Source: Klebsormidium nitens (lineage: Eukaryota > Plantae > Klebsormidiophyceae). Taken from it: a stretch of 64,000 nucleotides of DNA. Positions 11,571-22,736 of this stretch are shown here, one piece after another. Made by a program: the position numbers and the translations under genes. The stretch lies in NCBI GenBank assembly GCA_000708835.1, contig DF238763.1, forward strand, positions 42,469-106,468. The letters are read 5' to 3'. Below the pieces are notes generated by a model that ran no database searches, was not told where the DNA came from, and saw nothing but the letters and a program-made list of their open reading frames with translations. Every line of letters begins with the position of its first letter. Positions within the stretch are counted from its first letter, which is position 1.

Positions 11571-11931
11571 TCCAATAAAAAATTCAAAATCGTATAAGAT
11601 CTTTCTTTCAAAACAATCGAATGAAATAAAAAAAGAGATTTTTTTGAATGAAATCACTCTCAAAAAGGAGTGCAATGAAATCACTGATGGGGCTATTGCG
11701 CCCTACTTCGCTCCAATCTCCTTCGGAGAGAGGCTCTTCGCTCCACTGCCAGAGAGTGGCTCTTCGCTCCCTCTCGGCAGTGCAATGAAATGGGGGTCTA
11801 ACGCCCCACTAAAAGTCATAAAAAAGATTCAAACTGGGTTTGGATGGTTTTCTTTCAATCTATCCTTTTTTGGGATTGAAAGCAACCCCTCGTTCGGCTT
11901 CTTCAATCATTTCTTTGAAAGAAAAAGAGAT

Positions 11932-12103
11932 CCAAACTTTTAATTTTAAAAAGTGTGGCTCTTCGCTCCAAACTTTTAATTTTAAAAAGTGTGGCTCTTC
12001 GCTCCAAACTTTTAATTTTAAAAAGTGTGGCTCTTCGCTCCAAACTTTTAAAAAGTGTGGCTCTTCGCTCCAAACTTTTAAAAAGTGTGGCTCTTCGCTC
12101 CAA
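11932..12103. repeat. tandem array: three 36-bp plus two 30-bp units (..aaaaagtgtggctcttcgctccaaact..)
   Basis: Direct reading; no unique spacers. Confidence 0.9.
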
Positions 12104-12198
12104 ATAGAAGATTGCCCATTCCCGGCATCCCCGCCGCATATAAGCAACCAATCAAAGGTCATCGTTTTCAAAAATTGACAATCAATAAAAAAATTCAA

Positions 12199-12423
12199 AT
12201 GTTAGAAGGAGCAAAATTAATCGGAGCAGGCTGTGCAACTATTGCATTAGCCGGAGCAGCAGTTGGCATTGGAAATGTGTTTAGTTCTCTAATCACTTCA
12301 GTTGCTAGAAATCCTTCATTGGCGAAGCAGTTGTTTGGGTATGCAATCTTAGGATTCGCATTAACCGAAGCTATTGCTCTTTTCGCTCTAATGATGGCTT
12401 TCCTAATCTTATTCGTATTCTAA
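12199..12423 (+). CDS. atp9: ATP synthase F0 subunit c (74 aa)
   Basis: [59 protein letters not shown]; ATG at 12199. Confidence 0.98.
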   Translation: MLEGAKLIGAGCATIALAGAAVGIGNVFSSLITSVARNPSLAKQLFGYAILGFALTEAIALFALMMAFLILFVF

Positions 12424-13700
12424 ACCGGGTACCTTTAAGGTATTGAAGACAAGAAGGAAAGCTTCTTCTTGAAGCACTCCTCGCAATACAAAGAATTCAT
12501 TTCTAATTTGCAAAAGCTCTCTCAACGCTTTTTTAAACGGGGTTGCACAACGTCTAACTCCCTGCAGTTGTATTTCTGTTGTGCAACCCTCCCTTCATAG
12601 GGTTGATTGTATCGAAAGACCCACCCTATTCCCATTCAATTTTTTAACAGCGCACAAGAAAAAGCCTAATCTTTCAAAAAAGGGTAAGGCGAATTACTTG
12701 AGTTGTCCTTCTCTTCTCTATCAGCCACGGCATGCCTTTACAAGAGCGTTCATTCTTGAATACGCTTGCCTATTAGAAAAACTTTTTTGTTTAGACTGAC
12801 TAAGCTCTAATGGATTCTCCTAAAATTGCTTTTTCTTTGCCCGCTCTTTCTTGTTTGCATTGAATTTTTTTTAAACTTTGAGAATTGAGAGAAAACAAGA
12901 TTTTGTTCACCTATCTGGTGTTCCGTTTTCTCTTTTTATATTAAAGCGTATTACTGATGCATTTAGATCCAATACCTTTTGAAGCCTTATTAATAAATTA
13001 CTGGCAGTCGCTAAACATAAGGCTTTAATAAGAATTGAGGAGCGAAGATAAAAAAAAAAACTTTTTTTTCAGCGAAGAGCCTCTCTCCGGAGGATTTTCT
13101 GTTATTCCATACTAAAAGAGGGTTAACCTTTTTTCATTTGACTCTATTGTATACCAATCAAAATGTTATAGAGGGAAGTGAATGAAAAGAAAAATGGCAC
13201 ATAAATCACGAAAACAAAGTTTCAACAAAAGAAAGCAAGGTTTCAACAAATGAAGGGAAGGAGCCGCATGCAAGGTTTTGTGCGAGTGGCAGAGAATGAA
13301 AGTTCAACAAAGGTAGATTCAGCCAAAGAATATTTCAAAGCTTTAAACGCTCGTATTTATACTGCAACAATTCCCGAGCTTCTGAAGTGGCTGTTTCAAC
13401 AAAAAAATCGTTCAATAAGATGGTTTCTAAGCACATTTATTTTGCTATCTTAAGAAATGCATTGTTTTGAACGAGTAAGGGTGAGTGGAAGGTTCCAAAC
13501 CCCTACGGGGATAGGCTCTTAGTGGGGCTAAAGCCCCCCATTTCATTTGACTTCCTGCCGCGAGTGACTTCGTTAGTGGAGCTAGCGCCGCCAATTTCAT
13601 TCAAAAAAATTTCTTTTTTGATTTCATTCCACTCCCGGAGAGGGGGTGATTTCATTCAAAAAAATCTCTTTTTTTATTTCATTCCACTTTCTTTTTGGAG

Positions 13701-13798
13701 GAGCGAAGAGCCTCTCTCCGAAGGAGATTGGAGCGAAGAGCCTCTCTCCGAAGGAGATTGGAGCGAAGAGCCTCTCTCCGAAGGAGATTGGAGCGAAG
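13701..13798. repeat. tandem array of 30-bp unit gagcgaagagcctctctccgaaggagattg (x3 plus partial)
   Basis: Direct reading; embedded in a larger repeat cluster at about 13500-13880. Confidence 0.9.
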
Positions 13799-14606
13799 AT
13801 AAAAAAAACACTTTTTTTTCAGCGAAGAGCCACTGCCCTCCAGGGAGTGGAGCGGAGCAGGGGGCAATAGCCCCATCAGCGATTCTATTCCTTTTTTAAA
13901 GGCTACTTGCAAACTTTTTTCAACCCGCCTTCTTATGAAAGATGAAAGCAAGCCAACGCATCAATCATTTCTACGACGGCTGATCCTTCGATGAAGGCAG
14001 ACTCTGTTTCCATGTTTAGGATGAGTCTTTCTTAAAAAAAGCAATGCTCACTCGGTCAATTTTTCAATCATTCTAGCCTTTCAATCGGAAAGAGTTTTAT
14101 AAAAAAAAATTCTTTCTCTTTATTGATTTGAAAATTTTTGTAGAAGTCTGCTTTCTGAGCCAATAAAAACTTGCCGCTACGATTAGGGTCGAAGAAACTA
14201 TTGGTGAACCAATCCTTTCGAGAATGATAAAAAATGATCAAGTTTGCCCTTTCCGCTCTTTGTTTTTTGAATAATGAGAGAAAGAGAATCAGTAACCCCC
14301 GCGGTTTTTTTTGAACCGCCCAGGGTTTAAGCGAATTAGGGCGCTGTTTCTATCTAAACCACAGGTTTTTACATAACGCTATAGTTGACGGGTACTCAAT
14401 CTAGTGGTTTGCTAAAAGCTGTGCTTTACGTTCTTGTAGCTTATTGACTAAAGCTGGGCATTTGAAGAGCTATTAAAAACTACATCCTTTAGCTACTAAC
14501 TATAGCAATCATGCCTTTTAAGGCTTCTTAAAGGCATGATTGCTTTGTTTAATTGATATAGAATGTATCTTGTTGAAACTTTTAAATAACTTGGCGCTCT
14601 TAGCTC

Positions 14607-15326
14607 TTATTCGGTAGGTTTGACAGACTTTTGATTGTCTTTATTGTTTGTGTTTAAAGCCGTTTCTACAATTTGGCTAATGGCTTTTGGATCTACAACG
14701 AAACGGTCATAACGTTCAGTAGTTCTTATGTCTTTATGACCTACAATTGTTTTGACGTTTTGCAATGGGACAACCCTTAAAAGTCTTGGAATGGAATTGA
14801 TCCGGAATGAATGACTCGTTAAAATGAGATTAAACTTTGAAATTGCAGGTTGCATAAAGCGATTAATGGAGCGAATCCACTGATCTTTGCTTATTTGTTT
14901 TGTTGAATTCTCGGCGCTAGCGAGTGGTTTATTATATTGCTGCCTAAAGACTGTTTGAATATCAAGGTCGAGCTTTTCTAGCATTTCTTTTGCGCTTTTT
15001 GTGAGAACAACAACCCTATACTTGCCGGTTTTTGATTGGGAAACCTGAAATGATCCGTGTCGCAAACCAGATTCAATATCTTTGAGTGTAAGCGACGCTG
15101 CATCGCTAGCACGTAAGCCTAAAAATCTTAAAAGAGTAATAGCTATTCTAGCTCTTGCCCAAACATATCTATTAATGTACAACGCTCTTTTCAAAGACAT
15201 TAAGAAGTCATAAACAGACTCTGAAGCAGGATCCCGCAATGGCATTTCTTTCCGAACAGTTCGCTTTGGTTTTGTTTCCAATCGTTGCTGTATTTGTTCT
15301 AAACGATTGATTCTTTTATCATTCAC
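14607..15326 (-). CDS. tyrosine recombinase / phage-integrase catalytic domain
   Basis: Catalytic residues R (LGLRASD), K (SKTGK), HxxR (SHSFR), H (IVGHKD) and Y (TTERYD) all present. GTG start; may originally have been joined to the upstream ORF 15319-15648. Confidence 0.9.
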   Translation of the reverse strand: MNDKRINRLEQIQQRLETKPKRTVRKEMPLRDPASESVYDFLMSLKRALYINRYVWARARIAITLLRFLGLRASDAASLTLKDIESGLRHGSFQVSQSKTGKYRVVVLTKSAKEMLEKLDLDIQTVFRQQYNKPLASAENSTKQISKDQWIRSINRFMQPAISKFNLILTSHSFRINSIPRLLRVVPLQNVKTIVGHKDIRTTERYDRFVVDPKAISQIVETALNTNNKDNQKSVKPTE

Positions 15327-15648
15327 TCCCTTTTGTTTTATAGCTCTCGGAGCTGCTTGCTATAGCTGAATAACGCTTTGTTTTTCTTAAACGATTCTTA
15401 GGAGACCTATTTGTTGGTTCCCACGCTTCAGTAGCTTCTTTCTTCAATTTATGGATTTGAGTTGAAAGAATGTGGGGAACTTCACCTTTCTTTCTATTCC
15501 AATGAGCAACAACTTTAGGTGCTTTATGCTTTTGTTGTGTTAGTGCTAAGTGCAATTGAGTAGGTGGGACATTTTGAAGTGTAGTTCCTTTCAAATCCTC
15601 ATTAAAGGAATGTATCTTTTCTTTTAAGAAATTATCTGCTTGCCTCAT
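15319..15648 (-). CDS. hypothetical protein, possibly the frameshifted N-terminal part of the adjacent recombinase
   Basis: 109-aa ATG ORF overlapping the recombinase start; charged and helical composition. Confidence 0.35.
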   Translation of the reverse strand: MRQADNFLKEKIHSFNEDLKGTTLQNVPPTQLHLALTQQKHKAPKVVAHWNRKKGEVPHILSTQIHKLKKEATEAWEPTNRSPKNRLRKTKRYSAIASSSESYKTKGSE

Positions 15649-15708
15649 AGATTGAAATGTTAGCGTCCACTTGCCCGCCTTTCTAATTTGCTATTTGAAT
15701 GTTTTTAA

Positions 15709-17203
15709 ATGACTATTCAAATGAATGAAAACAAAAACGAAGTTAGGAACTTAATAATGCAAAAGTATATCTCGATTCGTACAAATTATGCTATTTGTAT
15801 GGATATAACGAATTTAGGCGTCTATGGTCAATTGGTTGTAGCAGTAGATATGGCAGCAAGACATATTGTAGGCCATTGGTATCATAATGAGGCGATTACT
15901 ACTGAGCATGTTTGTCAGACTCTAACACAACTAACCAAAAAAAGAAGTTTTTTGCCTAAGATAGAGATTATACAAACGAACCGGGGATCTATTTTCACTA
16001 ACCCAGAGTATTATGATTGTATAGATCAATACAAAATACTAAAGAGTAAAGGATCTTCTAAGGGACATCAAAATCAAGTAGTTGAAAGACTTTTTAGAAC
16101 CCTTCAAAGCATACTGCGCGTGCTCATTTGTCCTGGTTGGAAACAAAAAGACCCAGATCCACTCAAGCAACTCCAGTTCTCTTCCCAAGAGATGGCTTCC
16201 TTTGTTCAGCAAGCGATTGAAAAATATAACTCAAAGCCCCATAGGCACCTAGAGGGGCTTTCACCCAATCAAATGGAAGAAGCTCTCTTTTTAAAGCATG
16301 GTAACGAACACCCCCAAGAGCCTACCCAATTGATTGTAAAAAATGAGAACTCTTTGCTTGCTCAAGAAGCCATCGAATATAGAAGGCAGGTTGCTCAGCA
16401 ATTGAAAGGTGACTGGTTACGCTTTTTTATAGAATGGAAAAAGGATCAAGAGAAACTTCAAAAACAAGTTATAAACCAAATTGAACAAAGGAAAGAGCAA
16501 GTTATTGCCCGCCTTACCCAAACCGCCAAAGAAGCTGAAGCACGTGCCGAAGAGATTCAAAGCCAATACAAGGTCTCGTAAACATCTCGAGACACAGCAA
16601 AAAATTCACTACTTAAGCGAACAAGCTCAAGCTGCGCAACGAGAAAAACAAGAGAAAGAGCAAAGAAAGCTTAAAAAGAAGCAAGCTAAAAAGCAAGAAA
16701 TAAGGCAAACCGTCTCCGCTGAGGAGTTTGAGTTTATTATAACTCTTGTTAAGTGTAGGGGAAATGCTAGACCTCGAAGGCGCTTAGCACTCGTACTCCT
16801 TTTTCTTACCGGATTAAGAGTTTCTAATTGACTTCTCTTTAAAGTAGCCCATGGCAGTGAGTTATTCGAAAAGGGCAACACCCACATACCCCTTATTAAA
16901 GGCGGCGAAACTCAATATCCACTTCAATTAAGCGCTAAAGGGAGCAAAATGCTGCTTCAGTTTAAAGACGATTTTCTTGAGCTTTCTAAGCATAAAAGTG
17001 GTCATATGCTCCTTTTCACTACAGCAAAAGACTTTAGTAAACCTATTGCTAGGGAAAACTTTGATAAAGAGCTCAATAAGATACTAGCCATAGCTTCTGC
17101 TCAACTTGAAAAGCATCTTAGAACTCATAGTTTTAGAGCGACTATTATTGCTAAGTTATTAAAGTATACGGAAAGGCATGTCGTGGCTTCTATGAGACAC
17201 TAG
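15709..17203 (+). pseudogene. DDE (rve/IS3-like) integrase core + coiled coil + tyrosine recombinase, interrupted
   Basis: 15709-16581: MDIT..VAVDMAARHIVG..QTNRGS..NQVVERLFRTL. Frameshift near 16570. 16481-17203 is one frame with an internal TGA at 16829-16831: RRRLALVLLFLTGLRVSN*..HLRTHSFRAT, truncated before the catalytic Tyr. Confidence 0.8.
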
Positions 17204-17414
17204 TCCCAGTACACGCGTTTATGTGTAAGGCGCTAGTCTTCCCAAAACCCTCCCGAATAACGTTTTCAAACGGGTAAATACCCCTCAATAAATTATCCAA
17301 TTGTGATACGTTTTCGCGGGTTTCGTTGAATCTCGTCGATTTTTAGGGGTAGTGGGTGCATATTTTCAATAAAGCCCGAGAAGAAACGAAACCTTAATAA
17401 TTTTATAAAAAAAA

Positions 17415-18642
17415 ATGAGCAGACCTTTATATAACACATACAATGAGAATAGCTTTGAGCGCCTAGGATCATCGAATTCGCTAATTGATACATTCTCAGA
17501 ACTTGAAGTGGGTCGGGAGGTGTACTTTCGTACCTACGTAAAGTTTCGTCGTCCTTTGACGCTAGTCCATAGTCAAATGTTCACCCCAGAGTTGGGCGCG
17601 CTGTCGTTGTTGGAGTTAAGCAGCGATAGCGACTGCTTATTTACTTCGTTAGTAAACGCGGGGTTGGGGAGTCAATTGATTAATCATTTTGCCGAATGTG
17701 AAAGCTCCGGGATGGATTCTACCGATTTAGAGACTGGCGATGTGCTAATGGAAAGAATTTTTCGGAATGTTAATCAAGGAAAGGGAGGTCATTTGTCTGA
17801 GAAAGGTCTTTGTTCAGAGTCAAACACCCTTTACAAGTTGAAAAGCGGTATAAGAGATTTGCATCGTGTTTTGAAATTCGATAAAAAGTTTTTGGCTAAC
17901 ATTCTTGAGGGTCTTAAGTCTGGGTTGTGTAAGCTTGCTCGGGTGGATCTATGTATAGACCTAAGCGAGGACATTATGCCTTACGTTTCCCATGGCATAA
18001 AAACGGGTCAATATAAATGGGCGGCACCCCTTTGCTTTCGGTTGGTTGGCGGGTGAACGGGTAGAGGGCGCTGCGGGGCGCAATAGTAAACTTTTTAAAG
18101 ATTTTGAGAATAAGCAGTTGATTCTAGATTCGGTATATTTTGGCAATTCTAGAAAAAGCGATGAAGTTGCTGTGTTTTATAACAGGCGAGAGGAGCGTAA
18201 AGACAGAGCTGAGTCGAGCTGGGCGCCAAGAAGTAGGGTAGAAGTTCGCATATATCCTCGCACAGAAGAAACTGAGAAGGTCGCAATCTCAATTTTGGAA
18301 AGTTATTTGGATGAGACAAATGGTTGGCGCGCACGAATCCCGCACTTTGGAGAAGTGCTTTGCCGATGCGTAATGTTTACTACAAAGAGGCGCCCCGCAT
18401 CCCCGCTAGACTTGAAAGATGTGGCTCCCTGGTGGCAGTTGCTTTTACGTACGCTGATGGTTGGTTCAAAAGACTTTGAGTTTCCAAATGAAAAAGGCTT
18501 GTTAGAGTCCAATACTACGCAGCGGGGGGTTACGGGCTTTCTGCCTACCATAGAAATGCCTAAAAAGGGCAGGGGGCGCCTTAAAAGTTCAAAAGACAAA
18601 AACACACGTAAGTCAGGCTCAGGCCGCAAAAAAAATTTCTAG
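17415..18642 (+). pseudogene. Rep_trans-like rolling-circle replication initiator, frameshift near 18018
   Basis: ARVDLCIDL, SVYFGNSRKS, VFYNRREE and RVEVRI motifs. Colinear with ORF 59352-60494 once the frameshift is corrected (GRHPFAFGWLAGERV vs GRHPYGYGWLDGERV). Confidence 0.65.
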
Positions 18643-19916
18643 ATAGACACTCGATTCAAGCATATAACTGATTCTTCTTTTGAAAGTGGGCTTTATAAAA
18701 GATTCTATAAAAAAAGGAGGAAAGCGATAGTCTTTTTTGTAAGAGGGATAGTCTTTCTTGAGCGCCTAACAAAATGATTTGAAGAAAATTTTGATGAAAA
18801 CCCTTGCAAAAAGGATAGTCTATATGTTTAAAACGGGTAGTCTATCTGATTTTAGTCGCGTAAACCATTTCATCCTTTTTCTTGTTTAATAGTAAAACCT
18901 TAATAGTTTTCAGTAGCTAAAATTGGATGAATTTTTTAGGCGGGATTGTCTTTTAGAAGATGCCCTTCATTTACGGGTGTAAAAAAGCAAAGTTGATTGT
19001 AATTTCCCTAACAAGATTCGTTTATTTGGAGATTAGTAGATTAGTGGATAAAGGTGGTGTAGCTTCTTTCCTTGTATCCCTTGAATAGGGGAGAGGGTGC
19101 AGGGAGGGGGCGCTCCTCTTCCCCGCGCGGGTTGGTTGATTGTGTAGTTCCTCGTTAACTTTCCTAGAAGCTTCAATAAACTCGTTTCTTTCTTCTTGGT
19201 TGTATGGGGGGTTGCTTGCGCATCGGGGGTGAGGGGGTGCAAGAGAGATGAGGGGTGACCCCCTCCTACCCCCCACCCTAGTGAGTGGTGAATTATTAAA
19301 AAAGAGAGCAAGGGTTTGATTGTGGTGCCTTGAACCGCGAGGGGTGTTTCGCTTGTCGCCCGGGGGGCTTGCTCTTCTATATAGTTTCTGGCTGCAAGAT
19401 CTGGGGCAGGGTATAGACGAACTACCTTGTTTCCCATAATAATAGCCTGGTCAGGTTTGAACTGCTCAAACGAGGGGTTGTTTCTCGTTGCTGGGTCTAT
19501 CGTGTAAACTCCGCAATCCAAATCACACTTTTCATTTGAAGCCAAGAGGCTAAAAAAACAACATTCTCCCTTTCAAGTTTGCACGTTGTCGTAAACAATT
19601 TTTCAATTCCTGAGCCTACAGCCTAATTGTCAAAATGCTTTTGAACAAAAGAATAAAGAATCCGTTCGATTTTTATGAATACTATGTTCCGTGTTTTTCA
19701 AGGTATTAAAAAAAGAACATGCTTTCTATGGTTTTATAAAAGATTAGAACTATGGCTATGCGAAAAAAGAACAAGATTCTCCTATCAATTGAAAACAACG
19801 GCAGGCTATGCGTGTAATAAAGATAGCACTCTTCTAATTCTTTTATTCAATAATCTAATTGCATTTTATTCAATTCAATTAGAGTCTTCTCTATCATAGA
19901 TTTTGAAAATACAGAC

Positions 19917-19989
19917 TAGGCCTAGTAGGGCTCGAACCTACACATTCACCGTTATGAGCGGTGTGCTCTACCAGTTAAACTATAGGCCT
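19917..19989 (-). tRNA. trnI(cau): tRNA-Ile(CAU), lysidine type
   Basis: AGGCCTATAGTTTAA.., ACCG-CTCATAA-CGGT anticodon arm, GTAGGTTCGAGCCCTAC; resembles plant mitochondrial trnI(cau). Confidence 0.82.
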
Positions 19990-20182
19990 ATGCTGAATAA
20001 AATTGCAAGGAGTGAATTGCAACGTTATGGGCGCTCTCCCAACCATCGCAGCAAAAAAAGACTCTTTTTTTAGCAAAAGGGCATGCGTCTTATTGGAGGG
20101 GCGGTAACCACTCAATGAAAGAAAGAGGTGCAACCTAAGAGTCCCCCCCAACGAGGAGCTATGCTCACCAATTTGTTTGAGG

Positions 20183-20313
20183 TGGAACGAAGTCGCTCTC
20201 CCCCAAGGGGAGTGGAACGAAGTCGCTCTCCCCCAAGGGGAGTGGAACGAAGTCGCTCTCCCCCAAGGGGAGTGGAACGAAGTCGCTCTCCCCCAAGGGG
20301 AGTGGAACGAAGT
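20183..20313. repeat. tandem array of 30-bp unit tggaacgaagtcgctctcccccaaggggag (x4 plus partial)
   Basis: Direct reading. Confidence 0.92.
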
Positions 20314-20526
20314 AAAAAAAGAGATTTTTTTGAACAAAGTGGGGCACGCCAATGCCGCTAATGAAATCAATCCACTCCCCTTCGGGGAGTGGCTCTTCGC
20401 TCCCGATAGGGAGTGGAAGGCAGAGGAGGTGAAAGGAATCTGGTGGTTAAAGGGGGGGCGAGGGTTTTGAGCTTGTTTCCCCCAAAATTGGCTCATCCCC
20501 CCACTTATAGCCTCTCTGATTCTTCA

Positions 20527-21993
20527 TTATATACGGCTGTGTTCAATACAATGCATGACCGAATCGTGCATAGTGTCAAGAAATATTTGAGGATAAATTC
20601 CCATCCAAATTACAACAATTACAAAAGGTAAGAACATAAAAAATTCTCTTCGGTTACAATCAGAGTAGGTGGCAAGAAAGTGAGGCTTTAAGTTTCCAAA
20701 AGCTACACGATTGTAAAGCCATAAGGAATAAGCTGCTCCTAGCACCATTCCTGTTGCAGCAAGAGTCGCAACAAATGTATTGCTTTGAAAAGCACCTACA
20801 AGAATCAAAAATTCGCCTACAAAACTACTTGTTCCAGGCAGACTCATATTCGCCAACGTAAAGAACAAGAATATTGCGCAAAAGACTGGCATTGTATTTG
20901 CTAATCCTCCGTAATAACGAACAAGTCTTGTGTGATGCCGGTCATAGAGCACACCTACACATAAAAAAAGCGCAGACGATACAAATCCATGGCTTAACAT
21001 TAACATTAAGCTTCCTTCAATTCCTTGCGGATTGAGGCTAAACAAACCAATGGTTACAAAATTCATATGAGCCACAGATGAGTACGCAATAATCTTTTTT
21101 AAATCAACCTGGCGCAGTGTAGTACAAGAGGTGTATACAATTGCAATCACAGAGAGTGTGAAGATCAGTGGCGTAAAATAAAGCGTAGCATCGGGAAACA
21201 TTGGAATAGAGAAACGTAAAAAACCGTATGTGCCCAATTTGAGTAGGATTCCAGCTAAGATCACAGAGCCTGCGGTTGGTGCTTCAACATGGGCTTCTGG
21301 CAACCATATATGAACTGGAACCATTGGTACTTTTACCGCAAACGAGGCAAAGAAAGCAAGCCATAGCAAAATCTGACGGCGTTCGCTAAATTCAGTCGTA
21401 TACAAGATTTGTATATCCGTAGTACCTGTTTGAAAGAAAAGAAAAAGAATGCCTAGCAGCATAAAAACAGATCCAAACAATGTATATAAAAAAAATTGAT
21501 AAGCCGCCCGTATCTTTCTTTCTCGTGAGCCCCACACACCAATAATCAAAAACATAGGGATAAGCACACTCTCAAAAAACACATAAAAAAGGAGTAAATC
21601 GAGCATACAGAACACAGCAATCATAAGAGCTTCTAATACTAAGAATGCAATCATAAATTCTCTTCTATAGTTTTGAATGCTTGACCATCCTGCTAACATG
21701 CATATAGGGATTAAAAAGGTCGTTAATAAGATAAAGAATAAAGAAATGCCATCGATTCCAATGTACAACTGAATGTTTGAACTCGGCAACCAGTTCATTT
21801 GTTCAACAAATTGGAAGTGTGCTGTTGAGTTATCAAATCGAACCCAAAAGAATAAAGAATGAATAAAAGCAAGAAGTGCAGAAATTAGACCAATCTGTCG
21901 GATTAGCCTTATGTTGTTAGGAACAAACAAGAGTAAGATTGCTCCTAACAGTGGGAGAAAGATTAAGGTACTAAGGTTGTTAAATACATTCAT
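20527..21993 (-). CDS. nad4: NADH dehydrogenase subunit 4 (488 aa), intronless
   Basis: FAVKVPMVPVHIWLPEAHVEAPTAGSVILAGILLKLG, KKIIAYSSVAHM. Start set at ATG 21993 (MNVFNNL). Confidence 0.97.
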   Translation of the reverse strand: MNVFNNLSTLIFLPLLGAILLLFVPNNIRLIRQIGLISALLAFIHSLFFWVRFDNSTAHFQFVEQMNWLPSSNIQLYIGIDGISLFFILLTTFLIPICMLAGWSSIQNYRREFMIAFLVLEALMIAVFCMLDLLLFYVFFESVLIPMFLIIGVWGSRERKIRAAYQFFLYTLFGSVFMLLGILFLFFQTGTTDIQILYTTEFSERRQILLWLAFFASFAVKVPMVPVHIWLPEAHVEAPTAGSVILAGILLKLGTYGFLRFSIPMFPDATLYFTPLIFTLSVIAIVYTSCTTLRQVDLKKIIAYSSVAHMNFVTIGLFSLNPQGIEGSLMLMLSHGFVSSALFLCVGVLYDRHHTRLVRYYGGLANTMPVFCAIFLFFTLANMSLPGTSSFVGEFLILVGAFQSNTFVATLAATGMVLGAAYSLWLYNRVAFGNLKPHFLATYSDCNRREFFMFLPFVIVVIWMGIYPQIFLDTMHDSVMHCIEHSRI

Positions 21994-22736
21994 AAGTGGG
22001 TTGTAGATTCGGTGACCACAACGGGTGCTTATATAGAAAGAGCGAACAAAATCAAAAGTCTGATAAAAAAAGAATCTTTTATCCAGCACAGCTGTAGCAG
22101 TAAAGTACTAGAGCACTCTAGGGTAGGGAATGTACCCCAATGGAGAAGGCACTCTCTACCCAATAGAAAAAGAACTGTGTGTGAACACAGAAAGACCAAT
22201 CCCCTTCGGGGAGCAAAGAGCCACACTTTCAAAAAGTGTGGAACAAAGTGGGGCACGTCAGTGCCACGAATGAAATCACTCCCCCCGGGAGTGGAATGAA
22301 ATCAAAAAAGAGATTTTTTTGAATGAAATCACTCCCCCCCCGGGAGTGGAATGAAATCACTCCCCCCGGGAGTGGAATGAAATCAAAAAAGAGATTTTTT
22401 TGAATGAAATCACTCCCCCCTCGGGAGTGCAATGAAATCACTGATGGGGCTATTGCCCCCTGCTCCGCTCCACTCCCTGGACGGGAGTGGCTCTTCGCTC
22501 CCGATAGGGAGTGGAGCGAAGAAGAAAAGAGATTTTTTTTCAGCGAAGAAATGGGGGTACTAACCTCCCATTCTCTTTCAAAAAAGACAAACTTTGAACT
22601 GCGCTTTTGGGGCTGGCGTGCTCTATTGCGTACAGCTCAAAAAGAAGGGGGATAACTTTAAGAGATTACCACCCCCTACTTTCTTTTATGCGTTTTACTA
22701 GTATTTTTGTGCTGTGTTCGGTCGTTTTTTGATCAT

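Noticed and set aside
11840-13951. Repeat-protein ORFs (e.g. [20 protein letters not shown] and FESVALRSTL repeats, also at 20128-20496, 40033-40502, 45930-46531)
   Set aside because: Open in several frames and on both strands simply because the 30-bp units lack stops; not genes.
21994-22089. N-terminal extensions of nad4 (also atp9 from 12085, tatC from 29880, nad4L from 31982, rps2 from 25813, cox1 from 56925) given by the ORF track
   Set aside because: They use upstream TTG/GTG starts and run through repeats or tRNA genes; homology begins at the downstream ATG.
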